Assembly (NCBI RefSeq): GCF_001194135.2
Contig: NC_069005.1
Span: 15,631,621 to 15,695,620, forward strand
Length of the DNA stretch: 64,000 bases
Direction: 5' to 3'
Origin: Octopus bimaculoides
Lineage: Eukaryota
Shown: in pieces, positions 61,254 to 64,000 of the stretch
Layout: each line of letters starts with the position of its first letter
Numbering within the stretch: position 1 is the stretch's first letter
Position numbers and translations under genes: made by a program
The notes under the pieces: model-generated
The model's database searches: none
Told to the model about the DNA's origin: nothing
Seen by the model: the letters and a program-made list of their open reading frames with translations, nothing else

Positions 61254-62349
61254 GCAGAAGAATGGCAACTTGTCCAGACAAAGAGATGTCTCTCAGGGAT
61301 TTTGTAACCAAGTACAAGGTCTCAAGTGGCGAAACATTTACATAAAATAGATCAATGTGGTTAAAAATGTCAACAGATTAGAAAGAAAAAAATTTGAGGA
61401 ATAGAAAAAAAGTGCCAGTAACTTTCAAACAATTGCAATGGAATCGTGTCGGTAGGTAACATATTTTGAAAATTCAAGAAATAAATGAAAAATGAATTTC
61501 ACCCTTTAACCATGAAATCGAATTTCATGGTTATTCCAGAAATAATGTTAAATGTCTACCAAAAATTGGAATTGGAATTGGTATTTTCTTACAAGAAGCA
61601 AATTTATTGGAGGTTAATGTTTTTTTAGGGCCTGTCAACCTGAGGTTGCATATTATTCCATTAGTGATAAACTTGACACATCTCAACAAAAAATAGCTTC
61701 AGTCATGACATTCCGCAGCAAAAGATAGATTGGTATATTAAACTGGTTTCTGCAGTTAAGGATAATAAGGTTTTGAGTGGGCATATCTGATTTCCGCAAT
61801 AAAAAGGTTAAGAGATTTTGTTTATTCTTAAATGGTCAAAAATTCACTTCTGCAATGTAATTTAAAGATGGACAATTGTGAAAGCTTTCTAAATCAAGTT
61901 GCTTCTACATCATGAATCAACTTTTCTACATTGACAATCATATCTCTATACACTCCCTCATGCTCTGTTATCTTAACATTTCAATGTAACTCAAAAATTC
62001 AAAGGATGCTTGATCACTAAACAGAAATGATGTAATTTTAATTATAAATAATTTAATTTTTGATATCACACTTGGTTACTGTCTTATCTGTTCTTGTAAC
62101 CTAGCAGTTTGAAAAGTGGAGAATGATAAACCAAGTATCAGCTTGGAATGAATATCAAGATCCACATCATTAACTAAAATCCTTGATAGTGTTGTCCCAC
62201 CACAGCCACAATCTAATGACTATAACCAGTAAAAGAATGACTACATCACTGCCTATAAGTTAACAAGGGTGACACTATGTAGTCAATCAACCTGGTAGAA
62301 ATAGCAGCCAAATCTCCCTTGAATCACAGCATAACAGGTTATTAGACAA

Positions 62350-62690
62350 TGAAGGCACATGGCTTAGTGTTTAGAGTGTTGGACTCACAATCATGAGGTA
62401 ATGAGTTTGATTCCAGGACCAGGCTGTGTGTTGTGTCGTTGAGCAAGACACTTTATTTCATGTTGCTCCAGTTCACTCAGCTGTAGAAATGAATTGCAAC
62501 ACCACTAGTGCCATGCTGTACTGGCCTTTGCCTTCCCCTTGGATAACATCAGTGGTGTGAAGAGGGGAGGCTGGTGTGTATGGGCAACTGCTAGTTTTCC
62601 ATAAACAATCTTGCCCGGGCTTGTACCTCAGATGGGAACTTTCTAGGTTCAATTCCATGGTCATTCATGACTGAAGGGGGTCTAAATTAA
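62350..62690 (+). mobile_element. SINE family C long copy
   Basis: Colinear with 57820-58155. Confidence 0.75.
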
Positions 62691-62979
62691 ATAAACAGTC
62701 CATTATATCATTTTAACATCAGCTCTTCCATGCTTGCATGTGTTGGGTGGAATCTGTTGAGGCAGATTTTCTATGGCCAGATACCCTTCTTGTCACCAAC
62801 CCTCACCTGTTTCCAAGCAAGGTAGTATTTCATCATGGCCAGAAATGTTTTTGCAGAATATTGGAAATGACTGACACTGGTTGTATGACAGTGATAACCA
62901 TTTACAACTGTCATGCTGTATCAAGATCAGAAGATACGTACACACACCTATACACATGTACACAAACACACACACACTA

Positions 62980-63148
62980 TGGGCTATTTTCAGTTTCCAT
63001 CAAGGAAATCCACTCTCAAGGCTTTGGTTAATCTTGGGCTATAGTAGAAGACACTTGCTCAAGGTGCCATCTCGTGAGACTGAACCTGAAACCATGTTAC
63101 GAAGTAAACTTTTTAAGCACATAGCCCATAGCCATACTTGCACATACA

Positions 63149-63206
<58 letters not shown>

Positions 63207-63390
63207 TTTTCTGTGTTTATGTTTACATTGCCTTTATAAAAAGTGCTGCTGTTAATGTCTCATAAGTTAGCACTTTAAAAACAGATTAATAGAATAAGAA
63301 GGCAAATGAAATAAATAATGGGGTCATTACAAGCATAAAAAATCCTTTGAAATGCCATGCCTCAGCATGGCGACAATCCAATGACTAAAT
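62980..63390. mobile_element. SINE family B pieces
   Basis: 5' half on - (62980-63140) and degenerate tail on + (63230-63390). Confidence 0.55.
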
Positions 63391-64000
63391 CCAGTAGACC
63401 CCACCCCCACCACCACCACCACCACCACCAAAAAAAAAATCTGAGATGTTAGCATGGTGAAAATGATGTAAGTGATGGTGGTGGTGGTGGTGAGGAATGG
63501 GAGAAGACTTCCAAGATTATTTTGACCAATAGAATCACAGCTTGAAATTTATCAGTTGTATCTAGTGCAAACCACCAGATAGTATGAGATGGTAATCTAT
63601 TTTAACACTTTCACTGCTAGTCACTTAGAGTAATTGTCTGACTGGTATTAAGAGAGTGAAAAGAGTAGAATTTCTTTTTTTATAAAATCAAAGGAAACTT
63701 CACGAGGATAAGTAATATTACTACAGCTTTTACTGATCAAGGCCAGTATATATAGATTGTTATCACACATGAAAATGATATTGGATGATATTGGGCAGAA
63801 CATAAAGCATGTTAGCATTTTGTGATTTAAAGCTGTTGGGTTTTTTTTTTTGTTTGTCTTCTATTTTTATTTACAACTTAACCTTTTTGTTACCATGTTT
63901 CTGTTGAAATATACTGCCTTTTGTTTCAATTAATTTTGAAAATGATCTTTATTCTTATTGTTTTATCTTCTACTTGTTACAGTTGTTTGACTGTGATCAT

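Noticed and set aside
61260-61930. Unique AT-rich stretch with broken ORF-like segments
   Set aside because: Stops in all frames and no motif I can assign; probably an unrecognised TE relic.

Overview
AT-rich, repeat-dense animal genomic scaffold with 12 N-gaps. The SINE and microsatellite landscape looks like a coleoid cephalopod, most likely Octopus (inference; no database check). No prokaryotic genes, CRISPR arrays or rRNA are present, and nearly all ORF-track entries are microsatellite, N-gap or repeat artefacts. The only well-supported host gene is the 3' end of an unidentified minus-strand coiled-coil protein. Three phase-compatible exons (60285-60235, 48789-48669, 34207-34125) splice to ...TKNVIEHQHNDTIETLK-SQLGQLEHKYRMQELKHEELNIELTMLRDQRQAAINAPKS-GEWLTAGMSKDLDLETIAPTENFCHSD*. 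A weaker alternative last exon lies near 18.7 kb. The rest is mobile DNA: four SINE-like families, a dead Mag-type Ty3/Gypsy element with its RT core deleted, Penelope-like element (PLE) relics, RTE and R4/Dong LINE ends, a fragmented mariner, several MITEs and a 91-bp mini-Helitron. The most interesting signals are: (1) hammerhead-ribozyme motifs, one nearly intact at 25595-25507 and one in the tail of a tRNA-headed element; (2) a sharp CpG-retention/CpG-decay boundary at the 7.1-kb gap; (3) a 280-bp fold-back MITE nested in an inverted SINE pair; (4) a possible duplicated or alternative terminal exon.
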